A stretch of DNA of 64,000 bases. Source: Okamejei kenojei. Lineage: Eukaryota. Numbering within the stretch: position 1 is the stretch's first letter; each line of letters opens with the position of its first letter. Below, in pieces: positions 47,716-60,200 of this stretch. The stretch covers positions 16,492,001 to 16,556,000 of the forward strand of contig CM069152.1 of assembly GCA_035221665.1 (NCBI GenBank). Reading direction: 5' to 3'. The notes beneath the pieces were generated by a model that saw only the letters and a program-made list of their open reading frames with translations, was not told where the DNA came from and made no database searches. The position numbers and the translations under genes are program-made.

Positions 47716-47922
47716 CAGGTCTATTTGGAGGTGGTGGAGCAGCTGGGGTGTTGCCCCACCCAGAGGTGCCAGGACTGTCATTAACCGGCTCTCTCCAGCT
47801 GGGTCCTGTGTCCATCGGCTGCCCCCAGGCTGCCGTTCCGTTGTCCACTGTTACTGTTAGAGCAGGTGGTTCTCCCCAAGAGGAATCTGGCTTTGTCTGA
47901 ACAGTGCAAGATTCGCCCCAGC
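47716..47922 (-). CDS. TNRC6A: TNRC6A exon, Ago-hook (VDNGTAAWG)
   Basis: aataaag| GWGESCTVQTKPDSSWGEPPALTVTVDNGTAAWGQPMDTGPSW...PPPPNRP G|gtaaag, phase 1->1. Confidence 0.93.
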
Positions 47923-49757
47923 CTTTATTTAATAAAAGACAAAAAAACTCCCCAGTTAATATCTTTGTCCACACAAGCCAATTTAATGCAAAAATGAAGG
48001 AGAATTTACCCCTTGATTTAGCCTGAGATATTTATGTAGTTTAAACACTCATTACACGTAAAAATAATAATTCCTCAAGTTATGAGCTGCACGTGCCACT
48101 CGTATCAAATGTACTAGCACAAGAAATACTGCTCTGGTTTTCTCTCTTCTACTCCACTCCTCTAAAATTGGACTCTCCAAATATGACCCAAAAAAACATG
48201 GCTTGGTTACCAAAATGAAGCACCTTTCTACCTGCAAAATAGTGGGTTGCGAGTACTGAGCAAGAAGCCAGGATAACTCTCGTCAACTCAAGCAAATTGC
48301 GGTTTGCCATCAGCTGGCTCAAGAGGCCACACAGATTTAGCTCTGGTCCATCTGAGTTTGTTTGAACATTGAGATTTAATACTGCTGTAAAGATCTCAGA
48401 CGTTCTATTATTCAGCCCCCAAAAGCTACCTTTATACAAGAGGCTCCTCTGAACTAAGATAAGCAAGAATTAATCTTGTTTCAGTACTTCTCCCTTGGTA
48501 GATGAATCAATTATACTTTATTGTCACGTGTACCCAGGTACGGTGAAATGCTTTGTTTTGCATACAACCCAGTAAAATCATACGGCAGTACACAAGTATA
48601 CCATGTTTCTGATCTCGACAAAATACAATGTGATGTTTTGGGAGAAGCCCTCACTCCCACCTTCGCAGCACATTCAAGTTCCAACAAATCAAAGCCATAC
48701 ATCATGCAAGCGGCTGCTAACTATGACGTGTGAAACATGAATTATTGCAAGTGCTGCAGATAATGGCGTGATAAAAGCTAAAGCTTGACTATAGAAACTA
48801 TGCACATCAAACCAACTACTTTGTTCCTTGTTACAAACTTAATATTGTGGATAATCTATTTTCATGGTATGTGGCTGAACTACTGAGTGGTTAGGGAGGA
48901 AAAGGACTCAAAGGGCATAACAGTTGACCTTGCAATAACAACTTTATTTTTTTCCCCCAAAGGATTTTCAAAAATAAAGGTGTTTTTAATAATTCTAAGT
49001 TCCTGTTTGTTACTACAGGCCAAAAGTACTTAAGGCTGCATGTCACATTGTTTATTAGAATAATATCACACGTCTCAATTCAAGATCGCTTATCAATTTC
49101 AATTGGTCCCGTATTTAAGAGACATTGGTGTCTGATTACTGCAGGGAGACTACATTTTTTTTGCTCGCTAATTTCCAAATAAACTTTTAAGGGGTTCTCT
49201 CATTCCTCATCATAATCACGTTACAATAAATTTCCCCGTGTAAAACTATTAGTGTTCCCCAATTCATCAAATGCGTTATATCCAATTGGCAATATGGAAA
49301 TGCATGTTATTGCAAAACTGCCTTTACTTTTGGCTTACAAATTATAGTAAATTTGAAATGTAGTTTCCGATACGTCTAGCATTATTAGCGTTGTTAATAT
49401 AAAATCTACTAATAAGTCTATCTACACACTTCCAAGCTGCAGTTACATTTATGGAAAAGCAAAACCAGCCAAAACATCACACTCCCATTGCTGTCAATAG
49501 AGCTTAAAATATAATCTCTCCACCAGAAATATAGAGGTGGAAAGAATGCATCCACATTGGAAATAAATCTTAATAACTTCTGAACAGAAAAAACATAAAT
49601 GTATACAATGTGCAGTGGCATGACATGCACCCAAATAGAATGCAGCATCTAACCAAATTAGATTTTAGAATATACAATACTAAGTAAAAGACAGCAAAAC
49701 ATCCAAGTTTCACCTTCTTATATCCTAGATAACGGCAAGTCAGGATGAAAAACTTAC

Positions 49758-52640
49758 CGGAGCCATTATTCTCTTTGCTTTGAATGGCACTTGGTGGTGG
49801 CATTTGCTGCGACAGCTGTTGTTGGTGCTGCGGCGGGGGCTGTGGTGTCGTTGGCGAGGACAGGTTTTGCGCTGGCTGCTCTGAGCCATTGCTGTTACTC
49901 TGCGTGTTTTTGTTCCACATGTTAACACTTTTGTAGTTGTACTTGCTTGGGTCCCCCCAGGCAGCGGTACCATCATCGATTTCCATTTTGCGGCGAATAG
50001 ACTCTGGGGAAGGTTCCTCCCAACCTGTAGGTTCTTCCTCTTTTGATGGTGCTGGCATTGGCCCATTATGCCACCCCTGGCCAGGTGGTTTATTGGCCCA
50101 AGGGCTGTTACCATCCTGTGGCTTGTGCCAGTCTGCAGAATTACTTGACTTGGTGGGTTCCCTCCAGTCTTGGGGGGACTGAGCAGACTTGGAGGGGTCC
50201 CCCCAGCCCTGGGGAGCTGATGTAGGCTTGGCAGGTTCACACCAGCCCTGGGGGGGTTGTGCAGGCTTGGAAGTCTCCCCCCATCCATGGGAGGACTGAG
50301 GAGCCTTAGAAGGCTCCCCCCAGCCCTGAGGGGACTGAGCAGCATTGGCTAGCTCCCCCCAGCCTTGGGACTGAGCAGCCTTGGCAGGCTCCCCCCAGCC
50401 TGTAGTATTATTGGAATCTGAATTGTTGCTACTTGTCCATGTGCCTCGGCCCGTGCCTGGTCTCCCAGGTTCATTCCAACCAGGCGCAGACCTTTCACTG
50501 TCATTATCCCAACTGCCTGCACCAGTCTTTTGTAATTCCCCCCACTGGCCACTCCTAGAATTCTCTCCCCACCCATCAGGTGCAGAGTGTCCCCAACCCT
50601 GGCTTGATTTCTGTCCATCAGACCATCCCTGTTTGACCTTTTGTGCATCATTCCACGCAGCTAGCTTTTCTTCTTTGTTACCTCCCCACGTTTGATTGCT
50701 TTTTACTGTTCCTGTAGCAGCAGAATTATTCTCCCAACCCCCTTGGCTGCTTGAGCCTTTGGTGTCTCCCCAACCCGTGTTGCAAGAGACTGTAGCAGGC
50801 TTTGGATCCCCCCACCCGGATACTGATGAGGTATCATTACTGTTTGGGCGAGGCCCATCCCCCCATCCCCCTGAGTTTGAAGCCTGGGAAACAGAACATC
50901 CCCAGGCCTCTGTCCCATTGTCAGTTTTTCTTTCACTCTTTGCTGAAGGTTCAATATCCCAGGCAGTGTTCTGTTTAATTGGAGTCTGTCCCCAACCTGT
51001 ATTGGACAGGACACGAGGGTCCAAGTCTGATCTATTCAAAATAGCTTGGGCCATTCCTGGTTGCTCAGGCTTTCTCTTTTCACCACGTCGGTTATTGCCA
51101 TCACTGCTTCCTACACTCATTCTATCGTGACGACTTCCTGTACTTTCTGTGCTCCCCTCACTGTCTGCAGTACATGATGTTGACGTTTTAACCCATAAAT
51201 TGTTCTGTTCACTTGGCTGAGATGCAGAATTTTGATCCTGACCACAAAGAGCATCATCTAGACTTTTCCACCCATTTGTTCCCTTCCTATTACTACTTCC
51301 ATTTAGACCATTGCTGGAATGCTGATTGTTAGGCAGTTTGTTCCATTCTCCATTTGAGATCTTAGTGCCAGTGTTTGCATTTGGTGCTGGGCTTCCCCAG
51401 ACTTTGCGAGTCCCCCCAGAGCCTAAACTGTTCCCTGCTCCCCAGGTCACATTATGGGAGTTGACCACACCAGACTCCCATGTTACTCCTCCTCTATTGC
51501 TTCCACAATTATTTTTGTAAGCAGTACTTCCAGAGCCATTAGTAGCCGATTGTGCTAGAGTTGCATTCACAGTGTCACCACTAGCTTGCCCCAAATTACA
51601 GTTAGGGCCTGGACATTTTTCTCCAGAGTAGTTAGTGCCAGGTGTACCCCAAGTCGTACCATAAGACCCACTGTTCATTCCCTCACTGATTCCTCCATTG
51701 CCAAGTTGAGAAACTGAAGTGCCATTTGTTACTGAGGAGGCCTGAAGCTGAGATGGATTAACTGTGCTCATTCCTAAGGGTACACCCCAGGCCCCAGGCC
51801 CTGTATGTTTAGGCAGTTCATTTGTCTGCATTGAACTAGTAGAGTTTGGTAAGCTAGAGGTCAATGGGTTAGTAGTGTTATTTGGTCCATTCATTTCAGT
51901 GTTAAGGTTTTGAGGTTGTCCACTGAATGAAACCTTCCTTGTACCATTCACTTCTGCATCAGAATTCTCCTGCAGACCTCCCCATGAACTAGGAGCTGAT
52001 AGTCCAATGTTAACACTCTGATTATTCAGCATTTGACCTACAGTGCTACGTTGAACATTGCTGCCGGAATTGCTACCTGGCACAGGTCCTTGCACAGTAT
52101 TTCCATCGTTTTCCAACAAAGGCCAGGCACCTAGGTTGGTATTTGGATTCAAACCATTCTGCTTCAATGAACCATTGGACGTGGAAACAATACTGCCCCA
52201 TGCATTCAGTTGACCATGGCTGCTTTCTGGTTTGCCATCCACGTTTTCTGCAGAACCCTGACATGTGCTTGATATAGAGCCTCGAGGTCCACCCCAAGGC
52301 CCATTAATACTACCATTTCCTACATTATTGCTGACATTCCCAACCACAAACTGACTTGAAGAACCATTTCCACTGCCCGTTCTGTTGCCATCGCCATCAC
52401 TAACTGTGCTCCCTGAAGCCATAGTACGGAGGTTCTTCTCTGACCCAGAGCTTGAAGCAGATTCAATATCCATGCATTCTGAAGCTAACTCTGGGTCACT
52501 GCCAGTGATTGAAGGCCAGGCTTCTTTGTCGGACCCGTCTACAATAACTTTATCCCAATTTGTAGTAGAATCGCTGTTGATAGATACAGGTCCCCAGTGA
52601 GAATTTTCATAATGCGATCCCAAACCACTGTGGTTTAAAT
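49758..52640 (-). CDS. TNRC6A: TNRC6A large exon (2,883 nt): N-terminal GW/WG-repeat Argonaute-binding domain
   Basis: ttttacag|AT ... TCCG|gtaagt. Contains [28 protein letters not shown] and [29 protein letters not shown], plus TNRC6A-type segments ([26 protein letters not shown]). Confidence 0.97.
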
Positions 52641-53593
52641 CTGTAAAACACAAACAGTAATCTAATTTACATATATCACTCAGTCACAATACTAAACCAA
52701 GTTATCACTGACGTATTTGGTAAACGTATTTACATTTTCACCCAACTGTTTGGAAATCCAAACAATTAGTGGATGCCAATAACAATTGCTTGACAAAAGT
52801 GCACACAGCTTCGGGTGAATGCAACCACAATTGCATGCGAATATGTCCATTTACTGGTAGATTAGTATTACAAAAAATGCCCTTAAGAGAAAAATGGCAC
52901 CACCGGGACAGCCACCTTTCATAGAAATACATTATTACACTGATTCTTCCACCACATGAAAGTCAGTGTTTGTAACCCAAACACATTAAAGGAGTATTCT
53001 GTCCTCTGAATAACTCAACCTGTCGCAATATTTTATTAAGTGTGCAGTTGTTATCAAATACCACTCCCTCTGTGTCAATTTAATTCACCAATGCAGAACC
53101 TTGTTAAATGGAAATGCGGCAAAACCAGAGAAGTCTGTACCTAAACATAATCAAAATAACGCCATTAATGAATGCCAGATGTGAATGCAAAAATATACCA
53201 TTGGTAAAGCAAGTTAAATACTTATTTAGATCATCAATAGATCTGTTCGGTATACATTTGTGGCCATGCTAATAATGTACAAGCATCCGTAACAAGCCAC
53301 AGCGCACCTCAATCATGATTCACTTTCAAACTGTAACATGCTTGGGAAAGCTTCAATCCATGCATTGTTCAGATAGAAGCCATCATGTTTATTTCTGGTA
53401 TCAAATACACGAGTAATGAACAAAGTTTGGCGTAACAAGCTCTTTAACCTTGAATGAGGAACATTTGAGGATAATTAAATGGGCAAACAAGTTAAATATG
53501 GCCTGGGAGCAGGGAGAGGACAAGATTCAACAGCAGGGCATCATGATTAAATTAAACATTTACAAAAGATAGAATTTCTGTAAACAAAGAATA

Positions 53594-53907
53594 GGGCAGC
53601 ACAGTGGTATAGTGGGTAGAGCTGCTGCCTCACAGTGTCAGAGACCCAGGTTCAATCCTGACCTGGGCGCTGCCTATGTGCAGTTTTGTGGGTTCCCCTT
53701 GTGACCACATGGGTTTCCTCCAGCTGCTCTGGTTTCCTCCCACATCTCAAAGACCAATTGTAGGATAATTTGTTGTTGTAAATTGCCCTGAGTATATCGC
53801 GAGTGGATGCAAAAGTGAGATAACATAAAACTGGCGTGAAAGGGTGATCGATGGTTGCCATTGGACTCGGTGGGCCATAGGGTCTGTTTCCACACTGTAT
53901 CTCTAAA
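53594..53907 (+). mobile_element. tRNA-derived V-SINE (HE1-like), near full length
   Basis: tRNA-like head with A box (gtggtatagtggg) and B box (ggttcaatcc), central domain gggtttcctcc...ggtttcctcccacatc, CR1-like tail ctgtttccacactgtatctctaaa. Confidence 0.88.
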
Positions 53908-54179
53908 ATAACAGGAAGTGGTCTTTAGAGTAAAACTGGTGTAAACCTTTGTTCTACTTTTTAAAATTTGGGGTATTTGGAATTGCAGATCTATACCTGG
54001 TTTACATATTGGATATTGTAAATTTCAGCCTGCAGTTGGATTGCTGGTTTACTTCCCTTAAAATAATTTTTTATACTAATAAGGTGTGGTTGATAAATAT
54101 AGATTTGACAAGATATATTTTTATATATCTGCATAGACAGGTGAACATTCCACTAAATGTTCACCAGATTTAGACTAGA

Positions 54180-54435
54180 GACCTTGACCTTGGGTGCTGG
54201 CAGTTCGATCCTAACCTCGGGCACTATGTGGAGCTTACTCCCTAGGACCATGTGAGTTTCCTCCGGCTTCTTCCCACATCAAAACATATGCAGGTTTGTA
54301 GGTCAGCGGCCTCTGTAAAATTGTCTCTAATGTGTAGTACATGAGAAAGTAGAGTACATAGAAATACAACGATCAACAGTTGGCATGGGCTTGGTAGGCC
54401 ATGGGATTGTTTCCATGTTGTATTTCCAAACTAAG
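54180..54435 (+). mobile_element. V-SINE (HE1-like), degraded
   Basis: B box gttcgatcc and the same central and tail motifs as 53594-53907. Confidence 0.75.
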
Positions 54436-54944
54436 CTACTGGTTATAAGGCTGGGTCGAAATGTAATTCCAATCTAATCCCCAGAAAAAATGACAACCCT
54501 TCCACGTTTGATGTAAATTTCAGATTGATGACTTCCATCAGCCACATTTAAATTATGATTCAGCCAGTGGATAATTTCAGGAAACAAAGGAAGCAGGAAA
54601 ACAAAACTGCACCCCAAGGGTGAAGCAAAAAATATGTAGAGCACAAAACGTTTGGATAAATCTTACACAGAAGTCTGCATTTTATGATAAACTACACATG
54701 AATAAAAACTGAGGGGTTGGGGGAGGGGGGGGGGTCATCTTTATGGTCCCTTCTTCTACAATATTAGTAATTGTCTGAGGCAGGGTTCCCACCTGAAACA
54801 TTGTCTATCCATATTCTCTAGGGATGCTGTCTGAGCCGCTGAGTTACTCCAGCATTTTCTCTCTATCATAGGTAATCGTTATCAAGGCAAAACATTTCAA
54901 TCTTAATGAACAAAAACCTACTGCAGGAAACTCAGCCGATGAAG

Positions 54945-54988
54945 GGGTGCATGTGCGTGTGTGTGTGTGTGTGCGCGTGTGTGTGTGT
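54945..54988. repeat. (GT)n microsatellite
   Basis: Interrupted gtgtgt run. Confidence 0.85.
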
Positions 54989-56956
54989 AAAAATTGACAA
55001 AGCTTCAGGTTAAAATGCTGCATCAGGAGCCCCCCATTTTACATTTATGATTCTCAACTTGTTGCTATTCCCTCTCCCTTGTGACAAAAGAACTACGGCC
55101 ACCTAATACCTTTTGAGCTAAATCATCGGCTGGTTGTTGAACACGTTTTCAGATATATGTATGTATGATGTGCATAGGTGTGGCAAATTTCTAAATATCA
55201 TGTTAGATCCTTAACGTATTAGATTAGGCATCTATTGATGAATGTTGGCAACAAACATCTGGTGTTGTTAAAATATATATTCTAGATATTAAAAGCAAAG
55301 ACAGCTGGCTTAAAATCAACTTAATTTAATTTTCTGTAGTTTAACTAGCAAACCACCTTTCTTTTACATTTGCCTAAAAGACACACTGCTGATAATTTAA
55401 CACAACAAATCACAGCCATGCATATCAAGAAGGTAAAGTTGGCAGAAACATCATGGACCAGTCTGTTCTGACAGCAAGTGTGAAGAATATTCAATAAAAC
55501 CTGCCTTCTTTAAGTTGCATTCAGCAGGACATATAATCCAGCTGTTGCCATTTTGCAGTTACGTAAAGGAGCGATTCATCAAAATATATTCCCATGAATG
55601 AAGTTAACACTGGACAATTACAGTAGATTAAAAAATATGTGATTCTAGAAGCAGCTGGTTCATTTAGATCTTGTTCCCTCTGGACAGCAATGTTGAATTA
55701 AAGCTCATTTCTCTCAGCTGGACTGAAAAGCTTCAAACTGAGATACAACATGGCTGCCAAAACCCTCCCCTGGTGCTGATTTTGTCTCTCTGCCAAAATT
55801 AGTCAGAGCAATCTCATGCCACATGCAACAATCATATTCTACCCAAGTAAGAACGTTTTAAAACTTCACTATACTAAAAGTTAATGATTAACACATGTAA
55901 TGTCATGCAGTGTATTGGCATCCCTGTGAAAATGACTGTGAAGTGCACTGCGGCCACTGCCATCAGTGCATACTAGTCAATCTTGAAATGCAGCCAACAG
56001 AGTAGAGAGCAGCACTGCGCAAGCTTTGCTGTAAACATTCAAGCAATGGCTGCTGGAGAGAATGCAGACGGAAACTAAATAATGCTGTGATCATACAGCC
56101 CGGCATCAAATTTACCAGAAGGATGAGGACAAATCTCCAATACTTTGGTAGCTTAATTTGGGCTTTTTGCTTGAAAAGTCACAGGAAAAAGACTATTAAT
56201 AGTTGCTGAATTATTTGGCTTAATCAGGGCAGTAACATCCAGCAATAGTGCCTTGCATTTTTATTGGTTTTCCTGTCACTGGGCCGAGTGAAAATTGGCT
56301 ACAAAGGAGATATCAAGGACAAATAAGGTTGTTTGTCTGCCTTGAGCTTAAGTGAAGCTGCGGGTTGCTGGGGTGGTGCTAAGTCTTAGGTCTCAGGCTA
56401 TAGTTAAATTTAACCGGAAACCAAACGAGGACCTTTCCTGCACACTAATTCATTCTGTAAAATAGATATTGAATATAAACTGGATTACTGCTATGTGCTC
56501 AGCACAATGCATTAACAGTATGGCAGCCCAGTAAAAATACACAATAGACTTCTTCAAAACCCTGTCAAGATACTGTCAATAGCTAAAGATGAGCTATTTG
56601 AAAATACAAATAAACAAACCCAAAAAAGTGAAGAAGGGTTTCGAAATGAAACGTTGCCCATTTCCTTCGCTCCATAGATGCTGCCTCACCCGCTGAGTTT
56701 CTCCAGCATTTTTGTCTACCACCCAACAATGTTAACCCAGCCTGAATAGTCTGTTTCTATTTGAAAACCTATTCCGTGGTTATCAATATAACACTTGGTC
56801 ATAGAAACTTAAAAACAAATTGGGCAGTATCCAAGTCTGCATTCAACTACTCCATGCTAGTTGCATTCCCCTTCTGTTTTTCAAATGCATTTCTTTTACA
56901 AATATTTACGCAATTCCTTCATTTTACTGACACAAATTCAGCATTGGAACAACAGG

Positions 56957-57250
56957 GGTAGAGTTGCTGCCTTACAGAGCCAGACACCCGGGTTTGATCC
57001 TGACTGTGGGTACTTGTCTGTACGGAGTTTGTACGTTCACCCGTGACCTGCGTGGGTTTTCTCTGGGATCTCCGGGATTCCTCCCACACATCAAAGACAT
57101 ACAGGTTGGCAGGCTAATTGGATTGGTATAATTGTAAATTGTTTCTAGTGTGTGTGGGAGTGTTAGTGTGCGGTGATCACTGGTCGGCGTGGATTTGGTG
57201 GGCTGAAGGGCCCGTTTCCGCGCTATATCTCTAAACTAAACACTAAACTG
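56957..57250 (+). mobile_element. V-SINE (HE1-like)
   Basis: ggtagagttgctgccttacag...ggtttgatcc head, central domain, (ctaaa)n tail. Confidence 0.88.
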
Positions 57251-60200
57251 CATAATGTTTAACAGCAAAAAAATCCCATGGCTTTGTAACAGGAGATTTT
57301 GACCAAAAAAACAATTTTGCCTCAGGGCATTGATTATAAAGTGATAAAAGTTATAGTGATAATGCCGATAGGGACAGATTTTTGAAAGTATCATGGAGCA
57401 TGAGAAGAAACGAACATATTTAGGGAGGTAGATGCAGAATCACAACTGAAACCACCAATACTAATGGGGCAACGGAAACTAGATTGGATCAAGAGAAAAG
57501 AATGCAGCATTCAGAAATTTGCTGGACTAAAGGAGGTTATAAATGAAAGAAGCAGTGATCTCATTGAGCTATTTGAAAACAAAGACGAAGATTTTTAAAG
57601 TGAATTTCTCTTTGACTCCTTTCACTTTTTCCAAGTTAAAGGTGCAGCCATGGGCACTTACATGGGCCCCAAGTAAGTCTGCCTTTTTGCTGGTTACCTC
57701 AAATATATTAGTTTCAGGCGTACACTGGTCCTATTCCCCAACTCTTTTTCTGCTATATCAACAACTACAACAATGCTCTATCTCAGCTTTCATCACAGAA
57801 GCCAGCCTTCACCAATTCAATATGATGTCAAGAAATCGCTGAGAACTCTGAACATAACAGTCATGGAACCAATAATATTCAAGGCTGTGGAAAATTTCAA
57901 AAGTATGTCCTGTGAATAAAAATCAAGTCAACCAAATATTTTGCTGGTCTGAATCAGCTGACAACTGCTCTAACAAGAGATACTTACTCAATAACATGTT
58001 CACTGATCATCTGATTGGGCTTTGCAGCTGAAGCAGACTTTTTCAGTCTTGGGCCAAATTTGAACAAAGCTGAGCTCCAAGTTAGGTGACAATTAGTTCC
58101 CTTAACGTAAAGGCAGCATTTCACAAAGTCCAGCATTATAGAGCCCTGGCAAAACTAAAGTCACTGAGTAGCAACTTAAAATCTCTCAACTGACCAGAGT
58201 CATACCTTGCACAAAGATGGCTGAAGAGATTATGTCATTCTGACAGAGTGAAGGCAGCATTTGTAAATCAATACAAATGATGTCAAACCTCAAATCTCTG
58301 AAATTATCTGCAACACACTGACAACATGACTGTCAAATCCCTATTTGCTGAAACCACAGAATTAGAGGAAAATAATGGTCTTTGAAAACAGGAAGTCCAC
58401 AGACCCACAACCACCACAAATCTGCTAAATGGAGACTTCAACTGCCAAGTGAATCACTGTTTCATGTTTCCCATGCAATTTTCTTGGAAACAACTGAGAT
58501 TTATGATGACAGAGAAACTATAAATTATTCTATAGGATTATATGATTACATATCACAAGAAGTTTAAAATTCCTAATAAAATAAATTCAATTAATCTTAG
58601 TCTTTCAGCTTTTAAGTAAAATTTAAAAGAAATTACCTTAAGTTTATTCATAAAATTGCTTTTAACCTTTCCCAAAAGGAACACAAATTAACTCAGCACC
58701 TGGCACATATTGTACTGTGCTGTATGTCCATCTTACCATGATGCACAACTAGCTCGCCCCTATATTATTATGTATTTCCCTACACCTCGCCTACCTTGCC
58801 CTTTTCAGGCTGAAGGTTTCTGTTGTGCAAGGTGGTGCTGGTGCTTATTTGATAATTAAATCCTAATTTAGATCCCCAGGAATTGTCAGTAACTTATTTT
58901 GTTTTCAAAGGAATATGAACACAAAATATATCCTCAAAAACTTTCCATCTCTCTCACAGCCCTGATAATCAGAATAGAAGAAAGATTTAACAAAAAGATT
59001 CAGGGTGATAGTCACTCTCTCGACCACTAATGACTAATTGATAACCTCACTGGCAAAGATATAGAAGTAGTACCTACCCATTCCATTGGCTGTGAATGTG
59101 CAGACAAGTGCCTTTCGATTTTGCTTAGCAATGAAAAGTTTGATCACAATGACACCAATCAAATGAAGCCACAGAGAAAGAAAATTAACTGCTACCACTA
59201 GACTAGACCAGACTTGTAATGCAGATAACCTTGAGCGTTAAAAATAAACTGCCGGGTTTATGTAGCATCTTAGGATCACAGGCGATGGAGTCTGCAGGAG
59301 CTACTCATCATTCACTGAATCTAGGTACAAAAAAACTTTAATTTGGCCTTGGGCCACAAAATATAAGGGATTTAAGTGAAGCATGCAGGTCTATTACAAA
59401 CATAAAACATTGTGACAGATATCACCAAGAAGCAAAGCAAGATGATTGATCCAACCAACATCTCTAGTTAATAATCCCAAGCAAGTTCTCACACAAGCAG
59501 CCTCAGTGATAATCCTTCATGGTTCAGGATGTGCAAAATAAAGTCACGGTGAGATTACAGAGGGAAAGGAATGGAGAGGAAGACAGAAGAAAAGAAAGGA
59601 GGAAGCGAAAAAAAGCTTTTGTCACCTGACTGGTTAGGGGAGTGGCTGACCAAATCCCGAATGGGAGGCATGCCTAAGAAAAAGCAAGAGAACCACAAAG
59701 GCATCAAGGTTCAATATACTCTCAGCTTGCTTTTGATGAAAGAAAAATACTCTCTCACTCATCATAATTAAAACAATGAATGGCACCAGCACACTTGCAA
59801 AAATTTCTGTTATATTTAACTGTAAGTGCACATAAAACAATTGGTAAAGCAGTCCAAGAGTGCAAACTGCACTGCATTGCAGCTCTCACTAGCAATATAT
59901 TGCAGCAAAACTAAGCAAGTGTAAATACAATATATGTCAGGAATAAGCTCAACAAAAGCAATTCAACCATAAAAATCAGACATTATTCCAAGATACAAAA
60001 ATCACTAAAGAGCTACAAAATGCCTCTTGCATGAAAAGGAAAACAAAATGGAAAAGGTCCAAATTAAGTCAGATAATGGTTCTGCTTCACTCTGTATGTT
60101 TGTCCAAGTGAGAAAATTGGTGAATGGTTGATTTAAAAAAAAAAGAAAATAATCAGATCACATGTCTTTTTGATGTGATATTAAAACAAGACCCTCTCTA

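Noticed and set aside
49570-49757. Hydrophobic tail of the 1027-aa ORF as a membrane anchor
   Set aside because: It is read-through past a strong G|gtaagt donor into T-rich intron. No evidence for retention is visible.
49740-52600. Overlapping and antisense ORFs within the large TNRC6A exon
   Set aside because: Shadow frames of low-complexity GW/S/N coding sequence with no recognisable domains.
53594-53670. tRNA-like sequence with A and B boxes
   Set aside because: It is the head of a SINE, continuing into the V-SINE central domain and LINE-like tail; several copies occur in the window.
59230-59320. Possible poison exon (good acceptor, early in-frame TAG) in the long TNRC6A intron
   Set aside because: The only nearby donor (AAG|gttatc) is weak and nothing else supports it.
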